DNA from: Octopus sinensis
Lineage: Eukaryota
NCBI RefSeq assembly: GCF_006345805.1
Contig: NC_043002.1
Coordinates: forward strand, 118,606,001-118,670,000
Reading direction: 5' to 3'
DNA: 64,000 bases
Part shown: positions 1 through 11,550 of the stretch, in pieces
Layout of the letters: each line of letters begins with the position of its first letter
Numbering within the stretch: position 1 is the stretch's first letter
The notes under the pieces: generated by a model
Databases searched by the model: none
Told to the model about the DNA's origin: nothing
What the model saw: only the letters and a program-made list of their open reading frames with translations
Made by a program: the position numbers and the translations under genes

Positions 1-1290
1 TGTTATTCTTTTGACAAACGTTCACCAATCTTTTATCTTTATCGTACACGCTTCCCAACAAGCGTAGTCTCCGCTTGCTCAATCTGCGTGTTTTTAAAAA
101 GTATTTTAAAAAGTAGGGTTCGCGACATCACCTTACTAGCTGGGAGCTCTTCCATCTTCATATCAGGGAGTTAGAAACCGTAACATACTCGACTGTTTTG
201 ATAAAGCTAGTGGGATCCTACCTTCCCAGCCACTGATTTGGAAACCGTTGTTCTCTAAGTTATAATTGAGGTTAGTCTTAAGGCTCAGAAACAGTTATTC
301 TTGAATAGAAAGTCGCTCAATAATGTATTCAACAGCAAGGACATACTTCAGTCAAGAAATTTGTGTCATAGAACAGTATTTACTTGGTTTATCGAAACCA
401 GGTGAAAAGCAATGGGTATAATAGAGAGTGGTACAAACAGATGAATAATAAAACAAATGTCCATGCCACTTACCACTGGCGGAGAAACTGCAGCTCATTT
501 GCCAGTCGTTCAAATAAATAAATAACTGAGCCATTCCATTTTGTTATTTATTAAAGGGTTCTCATAGTTATAGAATCCATCAATATTAATGAAGACAATG
601 TTCTCTCTTATTCAGTGGAGAGTATTCATCGATCTACTACAGCTATGCTTCTACTAGAAATGAAAACATTTGCATAGTTTAATTCTATCTTGGGAATTAT
701 GTTTAAAAACAGTAGTCTTTCGGTATTGATTTGAATGTCAAAGCAGAGACAAATATCTTCATTTCACTCTAAACATTATGACACAGGCTATTCTTTTTGC
801 GGAGAAAAAGTAATAGCTGTAGAAAACAGGACGGAATGCCTTTAACGCGATATTGATCAATGTCTACTTCGACCTAATAAATCTTTGACAGTTATACAGA
901 AAGGTAGAAGAGGAAGGCCTTAGGCAGTCATAAAATAACATAAAGCGTGTAAGATATTTTAAAGTAGCATGAATTAAGAATACCATAGTTAGCTAGAGGA
1001 ATCCTGGTACGATTTTGCAAATAGTGCTTTTAAACAAGTAGCACTTGTTGATTAAAAAAAAAAAAAATCAAACAAAAATTATATCTAAACATCAAATAAG
1101 ATTTTTATTTGGATCTCATTGAATATTTCTTAAATGCATGTACAAAGTATCATATCTTTTACGTGATGGTAAATGAGATAGTGTCATGTTCAATTATCTC
1201 TCAAACAAGTTGTATCAGCGAAGTGATATCGAGTCGGCAATTTAAACACAAATACTGTTATTCGGGAGATTTATAAAAGAATGTTAAGAT

Positions 1291-1453
1291 AGGCGCAAAA
1301 GTGGCTGTGTGGTAAGTAGCTTGCTTACCAACCACATAGTTCCGGGTTCAGTCCCACTGCGTGGCACCTTGGGCAAGTGTCTTCTACTATAGCTTCGGGC
1401 CGACCAAAGCCTTGTGAGTGGATTTGGTAGACGGAAACTTAAAGAAGACCGTC

Positions 1454-1525
<72 letters not shown>

Positions 1526-1914
1526 CTTTCTCTTTTTTTTCTCTTTTTACTTGTTTCAGTCATATGACTGCGGCCATGCTGGAGCACCGCCTTTAGTCGA
1601 GCAAATCGACCCCGGGACTTATTCTTTGTAAGCCCAGTACTTATTCTATCGGCTCTTTTGCCGAACCGCTAAGTGACGGGGACGTAAACACACCAGCATC
1701 GGTTGTCAAGCAATGCTAGGGGAACAAACACAGACACACAAACACATACACTTATATATATACATATATACGACAGGCTTCTTTCAGTTTCCGTCTACCA
1801 AATCCAGTCACAAGGCTATAGCAGAAGACACTTGCCCAAGATGCCACGCAGTGGGACTGAACCCAGAACCATGTGGTTGGTAGGCAAGCTACTTACCACA
1901 CAGCCACTCCTGCG

Positions 1915-1975
<61 letters not shown>

Positions 1976-2220
1976 TATATGTGTGTGTGTGTGTGGTGTG
2001 TGTGTGTGTGTGTTTGTGTGTCTGTGTTTGTCCCCCCAACATCGCTTGCTGGTGTGCTTACGTCCCTGTAACTTAGCGGTTTGGCAAAAGAGGCCGATAG
2101 AATAAGTACTAGGCTTACAAAGAATAGGTCCTGGGGTTGATTTTCTCGACTAAAGGCGGTGCTCCAGCATGGCCGCAGTCACATGACTGAAACAAGTAAA
2201 AGAAAGTAAAAGAATAAAGA
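1291..2220 (+). mobile_element. SINE family A (tRNA-like head, internal microsatellite, LINE-like 3' tail), interrupted by an antiparallel copy
   Basis: Head 1291-1454 has A/B-box-like segments (TGGCTGTGTGGTAAG, GGTTCAGTCCC). It is followed by (TA)n, and the tail resumes at about 1918-2220 ending GCTCCAGCATGGCCGCAGTCACATGACTGAAACAAGTAAAAGA. Same organisation as the intact copy at 36051-36476. Confidence 0.85.
1526..1917 (-). mobile_element. SINE family A, full-length copy nested in the (TA)n of the host copy
   Basis: Reverse complement reads AGGCGCAGGAGTGGCTGTGTGGTAAG through to the same 3' tail, with (TA)n on both sides. Confidence 0.85.
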
Positions 2221-2328
2221 GTATATGCATTATTATCAATTTCTATAAAAAGTGAAATGAAATGGTTACAACCAGTGAAACATATAAATATAAAAATCAA
2301 ATAAATAAAATACAAGATTCAATATGCA

Positions 2329-2371
<43 letters not shown>

Positions 2372-2384
2372 ATATATACACAGT

Positions 2385-2583
2385 CGCCATGATAGATCGT
2401 TAGCCACTACACACATTTTTTTCTCTCCTTTTTTCTCTCATTGTTTTTTCTGTGTCCCTTTCTGTAGAAGAGCGTAGGCTCGAAACGTAAAAGACTTTTT
2501 CTATTCCTGAGCGTTATACTAATACATTTGTTTGTTTTGTATACCACCTGTCTTTGTCTTTTGTTTTTTTCGTAAACTCTCCC

Positions 2584-2585
<2 letters not shown>
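2385..2585 (+). repeat. Penelope-derived short repeat (family D)
   Basis: About 190 bp shared with 28320-28480, 57318-57495 and (minus strand) 55012-55090. Contains CTGTAGAAGAGCGTAGGCTCGAAACGT, which resembles Penelope pseudo-LTR ends. Confidence 0.7.
2457..2494 (+). ncRNA. Minimal type I hammerhead-ribozyme-like motif (CUGUAGA core variant)
   Basis: cttt-CTGTAGA-A-GAGC gtag GCTC-GAAA-C-GTA-aaag gives stem I cttt/aaag, stem II GAGC/GCTC, palindromic ACGT stem III and a GUA triplet. Activity is not shown. Confidence 0.5.
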
Positions 2586-2614
<29 letters not shown>

Positions 2615-2689
2615 GTGCGGACATACACGCACGCACACATACGCACGCACATGCACACACAAACATGTATATCTATATATCTTTTCTCA

Positions 2690-3185
2690 TTTGTTTCCCT
2701 CATTAGACTGCGGCAATGCTGGAGTAGCGTCTTGAAGGAGTTAGTCGAAGAAAACGACCCCTGTAAATATTTAATTTTTTTTAATGCTTAGTACTATTCT
2801 ATCAATGTATTTTGGCGAATTGCTGAGTTACGGGGACATAAACAAAGCAACAATGGTTGAGAAGTGGGAAAGGGGCTATAATAAACATGCACACACGTAC
2901 ACATATACACACACGCGCACGCATGCACACATGCCCACAAATACACACACGCACACCTGCACACATACACACACGCGCACACATGCACACACACGCACAC
3001 ACATGCACACACGCACATATATAGACACACGCACACACATGCACATACAAAGATCTCCCCACATATATATACGACGGGCTTTATTCAGTTTCTCTCTAAC
3101 AAACCCACTCTCAAGTCTTTGGTCAGGTTGGGACTGTAGTTGAAGATATTTGCCCAAAGCACCGCGCAGTGAGACTGGACAGAAG
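2690..3185 (-). mobile_element. SINE family A, diverged, internal (CA)n expanded
   Basis: Tail-like GACTGCGGCAATGCTGGAG near 2707 and head-like GCCCAAAGCACCGCGCAGTGAGACT at about 3150-3180 flank a compound CA repeat. Confidence 0.65.
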
Positions 3186-3187
3186 AC

Positions 3188-3218
<31 letters not shown>

Positions 3219-3223
3219 GGAGG

Positions 3224-3255
<32 letters not shown>

Positions 3256-3693
3256 GAGAGAGAGAGCGCTCATAATATGATAAATTAAGAAACGTTTCTC
3301 ATGTACCTCTGATTTCGTTGTATGCAACCAGTTAATGGTTGAGTGACATATGACGTCACCGAAATTGTGAAGAACAAGACTAAGAGCAAAACGACAAACG
3401 AAGACAAATCTGGAGATTGTATATTCTAGCGAGAAAAACCTCATGGGACAGGGACTGTCTTTTTCAACAAGGCATCATTAGCTGCAATTCAACATGGAAT
3501 CAATCGATTTTTAGATCATTCAGGTCTTCGAAATAAATGCTTTTGTTCCCAATTGCTTTGGTGGCCTGGTCAGTTACCGTATTTTATTTTCTGATCATTT
3601 TTTTCGCTCGCTGGTTTAGGAAGTTTGTAATCCTGCACAAATGTTTAATTTGGCTTCAAATATATGTTCTTTATATGACACTTTTTTTGATAC

Positions 3694-3860
3694 AGGGCAT
3701 AGGCATGTGTGGTACCAAGCTTGTTTACCAACTACGTGGTTTCAGATTCAGTTCAGCTGCGTGTTACCTTGGACAAGTGGCTTTTATTATAGCCCCGGGC
3801 CATGTGGGCGGATGTGGTAGACGGAAACTCAAAGAATCTCGTCATATATATATGTCTATA

Positions 3861-3927
<67 letters not shown>

Positions 3928-3931
3928 ATAT

Positions 3932-3967
<36 letters not shown>

Positions 3968-4222
3968 CGTGCGTGTGTGTGTGTGCATGCGTGTGTGTGC
4001 GTGTATGTATGTGTGTGTGAGTTTGTGCTTGTTTGTCTCCCAGCACTTGACAACCATGTTGGTTTGTTTACGTCCACATAACTTAGCGGTTTGGCAAAAG
4101 TAACCGATAGAATAAGTAAAAGACTTAAAAAAAGTATCGCAGTCGATTTGTTCGGCTAAAACCCATCAAGGGAGTGTTTCAGCACTGTCGCAATCCAGAT
4201 AGAGAAACAAAAAGATAAAAGA
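3694..4222 (+). mobile_element. SINE family A, diverged
   Basis: Head, GGTAGACGGAAACT, (TA)n(TG)n and tail modules occur in the family order. Confidence 0.75.
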
Positions 4223-4287
4223 TTCATAACAAGCTCAACGAATTGTAAATATTATAGACTTGGAATTGATATTATGCTCCCATTTAA

Positions 4288-4502
4288 GGCGGCGAGATGG
4301 CAGAATTGTTAGCCCGCCGGGCAAAATCGTTAGCGGTACTTCGTATGTCTTTATGTTCTATGTTCAAAAGCTGACGAGGTCGACTTTGCCTTTCATCATT
4401 TCGGGATCGATAAAATAAGTACCAGTTGAGCACTCAGCTCAATGTAATTGACTTATCCCTTCCCACCAAATCGCTTGCCTTTTGCCAAAATTTGAAACCA
4501 TT
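4288..4502 (+). mobile_element. SINE family B (tRNA-like head plus CORE-like body)
   Basis: GGCGGCGAGATGGCAGAA...GGTCGACTTTGCCTTTCATC...GATAAAATAAGTACCAG matches more than 10 other copies in the window. Confidence 0.8.
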
Positions 4503-6449
4503 ATTATACCCATGTATATCCTTATTGATTTGTAATAGTTATTATAAGTTAGGCCATTTGATTCTAAACTATTTTACCTTTAAATCATAGAAGTTTATTG
4601 CAGATATAGTTTGTACAATTTGTGTTGTTATCTGAGCAGATTAGGTTCAGCGTTGGACAATACTATTTGCATTATCTAATTTCATCTCTATACGCTCTGA
4701 ATTCCACTTCAACCGAGTTCCATCCTTCTTTGGTCCTTGGTATGTTAGATTGAATTTACACGGATTAAAGCATTTGACTGCATTGTATTAAAGGATGAAG
4801 TGGCTTTTATAAGTAGCATACTTGGGAGGAGTATGCTTAAATATTACAATATTGTTGTAAAAGAAAAGGAAAATCCCACTTACCGATTAAATGAGCTACT
4901 CTGATGAACAGCTTATACTCAAATTATTGCAAGTTTTATGAAATCCGAGCATAGAATCATGGAGTACATACCAAACGTTTAGTAATCAGTTGATGTTAAA
5001 ATACATTTAAGCTCTTTAATCTGCCTACAAAATAGAAATAAATCAACCCTTAGAAATCGCAATTGAAGAACGAACAGAATTGAAGTATTCCAGACATATT
5101 TCCAACTTCAAATCACTCTGAGATTTTAGTTTAGGAGTAGTTGATAAATGAGTAACACTAAAATAATTGAATTGAATCATTCGACTTTGCCTCTATTCTT
5201 TTACGCAATGAACTTTTTGCCTTAGTAAGAAATCAATATTGAAACTCCACATGAGTGAGCATTTTGAATTTCTTTGTAGGGGAAAGAGGAGGATGAAGAA
5301 AAGAAGCTAAATCTAATTGTTGTATGAGGAATTAAATTGCATGCAAAATTATCTCTATCAGTGATTAAAATTACCATTGCAGTTGTTATATTTAGCCGCA
5401 AACTCCCCAGAATCTTTAATAGTAATGTTAGGACTACCATTACTAACAGTGTATTAAAATCATCATATGGAAGTAAGAATTTAAAGGATAAAAATCAATA
5501 TCGTTTATAGAAATGAGTGAAAGTTACGCAATAGTTCATGATTGGAAGCACTTAATTTTTTTAAAAGTGGAGTTCTGATTACCTTCATGAAACACTTGGA
5601 ACATTCTCTAACGCTTAACTATTTGTTACAAAACATTTCTATTGTATTATTGTAGTAATATTTTTCTACAGTAAGGAGCAGATGAAAATGAAACGTATTT
5701 TAATTCGTTTAGGTAAAACAATTTAAAAATTGCAGATTCGTATTTCCCCATCTGATTGACATAAGCTCTACGTTCTATGTATTGTATATGAGAAGTTGCT
5801 GACAAAACGTTTGATCAAGAGGTTCGGAACAGATTTCATGTTAAAAACAAAATATCAATGGCAATACTTGTGAAGCTAAATCTTTCAATCCTGCCTTGTA
5901 CCATATAACTGTCTAATTTTCGTGATAAACTGTTACCAGATGTTGGCATATTTCTCTACAGTGAGAAAACAAATCTCCGAAATTGTGCTATTTATCCCAA
6001 ATCAACATTGAAAAGAAATGTTAAAGATGAGGTGTCTAAAACTATATTATAACCCGGTGTTTTGTTGTTTGATTTCAGAGATGTCCGACTGCTAAGTTTA
6101 ATCGTGACCAATTTATGCTTTGAAATTGATATTCCGTTAGCAAATTTATTACTCACTTTCATAAACTGTTCAGCAAAGACACTGATGTATTTTAAGAATT
6201 ATCTTTTTATAAAAGCTCAATAAATAGCTTTAAATCTTGAATTCATTATTAATAGAAAACTTCGTATGAAATTTAAATAGATAAGACGGTTGTATTTCAA
6301 GTAAAAGCGAATTCATTCCGAATAATTTCATCTCGCTCTGTTTCCGTCTGTTTGACAAGCGGACATTTAAGACAACCTTTTCTCTCTTTATGAATACAAT
6401 GTTACAGATGAAAACTTTTATTTTATACATATTACGTACATACATATTT

Positions 6450-6504
<55 letters not shown>

Positions 6505-6968
6505 TAGTTACATAACAGCAACTACAATAGTGACATCAATCGCTAGAACAACAACAACAACACCAGAGACAAACACTTCAGCCCAGTAGAACAGCCCAAC
6601 CATCTTCACCGAAAACAAGGGCACCGAAAAAGCGGCCTTCCTTGCAGGATGAGTCCAGGTCATGAATATTTTGTACTATCATTCTAAATGCATGAAATTT
6701 TGATTGAAGAAAGAAAAATGAAGTCAGCCATCTTGTCTTGGTTTCCGAAGAAGGTCGGACAATCCGGTCTTCTTGCTAATTGAGGTAGAAGTTCACGAAA
6801 GACCATTCTCAACTACTTTTAAGCGAAATATTTTCATTCGTATAGGATTTATGTCGAAACGATATTTATTTTTTTTTTTAGTATGATCCCAAGTCTATGT
6901 GTATATAAAAAAAATCGACCTGACGATGCTTTTGGATAAGAGTTCGTCAAAACCTTTTTCCTTTGGAA

Positions 6969-7183
6969 GGCTGTGAGATAACAGAATCGTTAGTACGTCG
7001 GTCAAAATACTTCCTGGTGTTTCTTCCGGTCCTTTACATTCCGAGTTCAAATTCCATCGAAGTCTACTTTACCCTTCTATCCTTTCGGGGTCGATAAAAT
7101 AAGTACCACTTGAACACTGGGGACTGTGTAAGCTTATTACTCCTGAAATTTCTGGCTTTGTGGCAAAATTAGAAAGAATTATT
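6969..7183 (+). mobile_element. SINE family B, diverged
   Basis: GAGTTCAAATTCC...CCTTTCGGGGTCGATAAAATAAGTACC. Confidence 0.75.
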
Positions 7184-7413
7184 TCTCTTTTATTAAATAA
7201 CTATTACTCTTTCCAGCAACCGTGAAGTTGATGAGGGTTGGGTTTGTGTACTTGGATGGGGGTCTGTTCTTGTATTCCTTTTTGTTTCAGTTTTTTTTGT
7301 GCTAATAGCGATGTATTTGAAATTTTTACTTATGTCTGTAATTTTTACTTATGTATTTGTAAATGTTGCTTTTGGTGGGCTGTACTAGTATACACATTCT
7401 ATGATCTTATGAT

Positions 7414-7433
7414 CTAACCCTAACCCTAACCCT
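7414..7433. repeat. Three telomere-type hexamers (CTAACC)3
   Basis: CTAACCCTAACCCTAACCCT read directly from the sequence. Confidence 0.8.
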
Positions 7434-8169
7434 CTTCAGGAAGCCCCACTACCAGTTGTTCCTGTCAACTGTCACCAAGATAATTAATTATTTCCGTCTC
7501 TGTATTCTTTACGCGCCAGTAAAGGCGTGTTTTAATAACCGACTCCCTGTTATCTAAGTCGACTGTGCAGACCACAATTTTGTAATCATCTTAGCTGATG
7601 AGTTTGAACTATGGGCTTCTTATCTGCAATCCAAACAAGAAATCTATGTAGATACGATCTCGATGATCCGCTGTAATTGTTCCAGGACCATACTGGCTCA
7701 TCCAGAAGCCCAGTCGTTACGTCAAACAGATGGAAATATCAGAGCGTGAGTGTGTTTGTGCGTGCGCATGTCTGCATTTATATTTACTGCACTTAAGAAC
7801 CTGTACAGCTTGTTTTTCTCTTGTACCTTAGAGCTAGACAAATAAGGCTGGATAAAATAAGTACCAGACGTAAAAATAAGTACTAGAGTCAATAAAATGA
7901 ACTAAACCTTTCATAGTGGAATCCAGAATCACTGCTGTTCAATGACTGAAATCTGTAAAAGGGTAAAAAGATAAAGGAATATGTAAATATGTACATATGG
8001 GAGATAAGAAAGTAATGCATATTATCTGAAAATATACATAAAAACTGCTAACCTATATAGATTTTAGACATTTTCTTTCAAACAGATTTCTCAAGAGTTG
8101 TTTGTATCAGCAGTAAGCAAGCATTCAGTTATAGGCCTATATAATTATTGTGATATAAAAAGAGATATC

Positions 8170-8412
8170 ATTCATAAGTGATAAGTGTGTTTATGAGCGA
8201 AACACCTAAGCTGCTCCACGCGGCTCCGGCAGAAGGTAATGGCGAACTTCTGCTGACTCTTTCGCCACAACTTTCTCTCACTCTTTCCTCCTGCATCTTG
8301 CAGCTCACCTGCGACGGACCGGCGTCCCGTCCAGGTGAGGAACCTATACGCCAAGAAACCGGGAAACCGACCCTTATGAGCCAGGCATGGCTCGAGAAGG
8401 AACAAACAAAAA
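8170..8412 (+). mobile_element. SINE family C variant (V-domain-like 3' half)
   Basis: CCTGCGACGGACCGGCGTCCCGTCCAGG...GAAACCGGGAAACCGACCCTTATGAG...CTCGAGAAGG matches the reverse complement of 55321-55420 and 57565-57665. Confidence 0.65.
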
Positions 8413-8849
8413 ACAGAAGGATAAGTGTTTTGGAGCAAGGTTTCACTCGAATGAAGGAAGAACTGATAATTTACTTTTGGCGAACATTTTGAAATAGAAG
8501 AAACCCACCTGTTCCGATTGTCAATTGCAACTATTTTCCGTCTTTGTCGTTGTTAAGAACTTGAAAGACTTAAGCTCTACGAGTCCCCTACCTCTTCATA
8601 AGTACCCAAGTAAGAAATTTATTTCCATTGAAGATTTGTGCATTGTCATTATTTAGAGCATGAAGAAATGACACTTGAGGTTATGAGAAAAAATGTTACT
8701 CTACCGGTTATTGAATCATTTTGAACAAAATACGAGGAATGTTCCGATAGTAATGCAAAAGTGGACACACCTTATTAACTAAAATACGTCCTTCAAATTG
8801 TACGTACTGGTAGAGTAACTCTCTCTCTCTTTGCAAAGGTATTCCCCAA

Positions 8850-9277
8850 CATACTTTCCATCATAAGCGAACTCTTATGAATAGCTATTGAACTCTTGAA
8901 TAGCCTTTGAAAAAATTCAAATGCGCATTGTTTTAGCCAGGTTTTCACAGCTACTTTTACTTCGTATGAGTCAACAAATTTTTGACTTCGAGAATTTTCA
9001 AAGGATCGAACAGATAGAAATCGGAGTGCGTCAGAACTGAGTTGTAGGATGGAAGGAGCACTGACCAGCCCAATTTACCTATTGCCTGATTTGTTACCAA
9101 AGTGTGGGTGGTCATGCATTATCAAAGTGCATTTGAGTCGTTTTCAGGTTCTTGTTTGGTTTCTTCCTTCTAATGGCTTTAAGCATTTTTAATGTCCCAA
9201 TTTTGAATGAACCCCTTGTTGTCCAATGCCCAGCCACGTTCCAGAAAATCAAGAAGAATGAAGAACGAAGCCCATGT
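8850..9277 (-). pseudogene. Decayed mariner transposase, C-terminal part
   Basis: Frameshifted minus-strand translation gives ILLDFLERG, KAIRRKKP..MHFDNA*P, LGWSVLLPSYNSVLTHSDFYLFDPLK and DGKYV, which are degenerate mariner D,D34D motifs. Confidence 0.65.
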
Positions 9278-9279
9278 TA

Positions 9280-9468
9280 CAAGGTCTGATCAATAAGTAT
9301 CCGGACTGTTGTTACAGTAACAAAGTTAAAACACGCAGAGTAAAGCCGCTTGGCAAAGATTGGCATGCGCACTAAGTTTTAACGTTCTTGCTAACTTCTG
9401 CTGTTTATAGCAGTGCTTAGAAGGAAGGTGTGTAGCGTGTGATCGTCGCATTGACTACGACAAAGTTG
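9280..9468 (+). mobile_element. Left-end fragment of a second mariner-type element
   Basis: TA (9278-9279) followed by the TIR-like CAAGGTCTGATCAATAAGTATCCGGAC. No matching right TIR found. Confidence 0.55.
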
Positions 9469-9536
9469 TCATGACTGTGCTGATCGCTGGTTCTTGAACT
9501 TAAGAGGTACACTTAAGAAGTATTACTTAAGAGGTA

Positions 9537-11062
9537 CACTACTATCCAAAGGTTTAAGATCACCTATACTTATTTCGAAAAAAAAATACATACAAAATGG
9601 AAATAACGGAGAGAATCTGGTGAAATATTGTATTAATGAATAATTACATTCATTGGATGACATAATTAACTCGGCAACTAAACAAAACTGAAAAATCAGA
9701 GAAAATCTCTAAACGCATTGATCACTGCGGAGCATACTCTGGGCATTCTTTCGACCAATGAAAGAATTCGCTGGTAATATTTTGCCATTCTTCTTGTAAA
9801 AATGTCCAGAGGATTTCTGCACTGCTTGGCTGTCGCTTTTTGACTCAGCGATCCAAATCACACAACACTATTTCGATGGGATTGCCATCGGGGGATTGGG
9901 CTGGCCATTCCATTACAGTCAACTTTTTTTCATCCATTTTCTTCTGTAAATCGTTTTTGCATAGCTTAGAAGTATGTTTAGGATCGTTATCTTGCATCAG
10001 CACGGAGTTATCACCGATCAGCCTCGTCCCGGAGGGTATGGCATGACACTGGAGGATAGAGTGATACCCCTTTTGGTTCAATATTTCTGTTACCCGCTGA
10101 ATATCTCCAACAATAATGCCTGCAAAACACCCCCCGATCATTACACTTCCCCCACCATACTTTACATGTGGAACAATACTTTCAAGAGTCAAAAATTCTT
10201 CGATTTCAAACTTTGATTCATCAGTCCAGAGGATTCGCTTCCATTGATCAACGGTCCAGGTTTGGTGTTTTCTGGCCCATATGAGTCACGTTTATTCACA
10301 GATCGAAGCAGTGGTTTTCGGGAAGTGCAATGGCCATTTAGACCGGCAGCAATGAGTCTTCTCCTCACGGTTGCAGGGGATACGTTAGCTTCGCCGGCTT
10401 CACCTACTTGTGTAGCGGTTTCATTTGTTGTCAAGTGCCTGTTTCGAAGATTGGTGACTGATGAACTTAAGATGTGACTTTTGGGCGACTTGACAAAGCT
10501 ATGTCGTTATGTTGTCCTCTTTCATTATACCTTACAATGGCGGAGCGGACGGTAGTGTGGGAAACTTTAACTTTTTTGGCTATATCTCGAAAACTATGAC
10601 CTTCACTACGTAATGTGAAAATGCATTGTCTCTTTTCAGGTGATAAATTATTGATTTTGTCCATATTTAGGTTAATTTTCAGGAATTTCACTAATTTTAC
10701 TTATTTTTAATAATCGAGCCGAAAAGAAACAATAACACACTTAACGCAGTCCTTAACTGATGTTATCTCAACAAACAGCGCATAAGGAGTGTAAATAATC
10801 AAAATGTATCGCAATGTTGCCAAAAAGTAGGCGCTAAAATGATTTTGATAACATTCTCAAATAGGCTTGCCGTCAAGAAATATGATTAGTTGCATATAAA
10901 ATAAGTATAAATTGTGTTATATATCGAATAAACCCCAAACTTTATGTAGTATGTTATTCCATATTTTTATACCAAAAAAGTATCTAAGTTGATGACATTG
11001 AACTAAAATTTCAACTTTGAAACAAACTTTTGTAGGTGATCTTAAGCTTTTGGATATTAGTG
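9537..11062 (-). mobile_element. Complete Tc1-family DNA transposon (1526 bp)
   Basis: 30-bp TIRs CACTACTATCCAAAGGTTTAAGATCACCTA (9537-9566) and TAGGTGATCTTAAGCTTTTGGATATTAGTG (11033-11062), 3 mismatches, with TA on both sides. Confidence 0.92.
9700..10664 (-). pseudogene. Tc1 DD34E transposase, frameshifted
   Basis: HTH region (FRDIAKKVKVSHTTVRSAIVRY), TVRRRLIAAGL, WKRILWTDESKF, VKYGGGSVM, MQDNDPKHTSK and WPAQSPDGNPIE, split across several ORF-track pieces. Confidence 0.9.
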
Positions 11063-11064
11063 TA

Positions 11065-11550
11065 ACACTGAGCCTTCTTTTCAGATCACAGAGATACAGC
11101 CATATTTCATGCCTGTCAGTAGATAAAAAAAAAAGACGAAAAAACGTGTCTTCATTGGCTACCAGATCAGAGCATACTTCACCTTTCTCACCTGCAAATC
11201 GGGTGTCAGATGTTGATGTATCTATTTTGTACACTTTCCGATTCCCAAAGTCTTCCACCATCTTTTATGCTTTGTGATCAAAGTCCAGTTGTGCAGGAAA
11301 TTCACAAATTGCAACTCATCTGTCTGCACGAATCATTTCAGCCACTCCATTCACTGGTGACCTGCATCAGTGATCGTAGTTGATGCTCTCCCACTGCGTG
11401 GTTTGACTTCAATGTTGGCTTACACTTCTTTAAATTCTCTTGTCTATCTTTGCACATTGCTCTTGTCAATGCTGTTACCTCCGAAAATAGCCTCCTGTGA
11501 ATGTTAAACGGCCTACACCCTTCCTTGCCAAGAACTCTATTTTTTGATGT
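11065..11550 (-). pseudogene. Decayed mariner transposase, N-terminal part
   Basis: NIHRRL, VAEMIRADR*VAICE, VEDFGNRKV and TDRHEIWLYLCDLKRR resemble the mariner HTH and TGDETW regions. Confidence 0.6.

Noticed and set aside
1-700. Minus-strand patches resembling a decayed membrane-receptor gene (similar impressions at 4900-6100, 22200-22720 and 27060-27420)
   Set aside because: Only vague hydrophobic or LRR-like fragments across many stops, with no diagnostic motif. A translated profile search would be needed.
6540-6800. GC-richer patch with a CAAGATGGCTG (YY1/start-like) motif on the minus strand and a short open frame on the plus strand
   Set aside because: No good splice donor or extended ORF on either strand.
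7440-7750. RT-like fragments (IS*DD, NYLG) on the minus strand
   Set aside because: The motifs are too short and the spacing is unconvincing.
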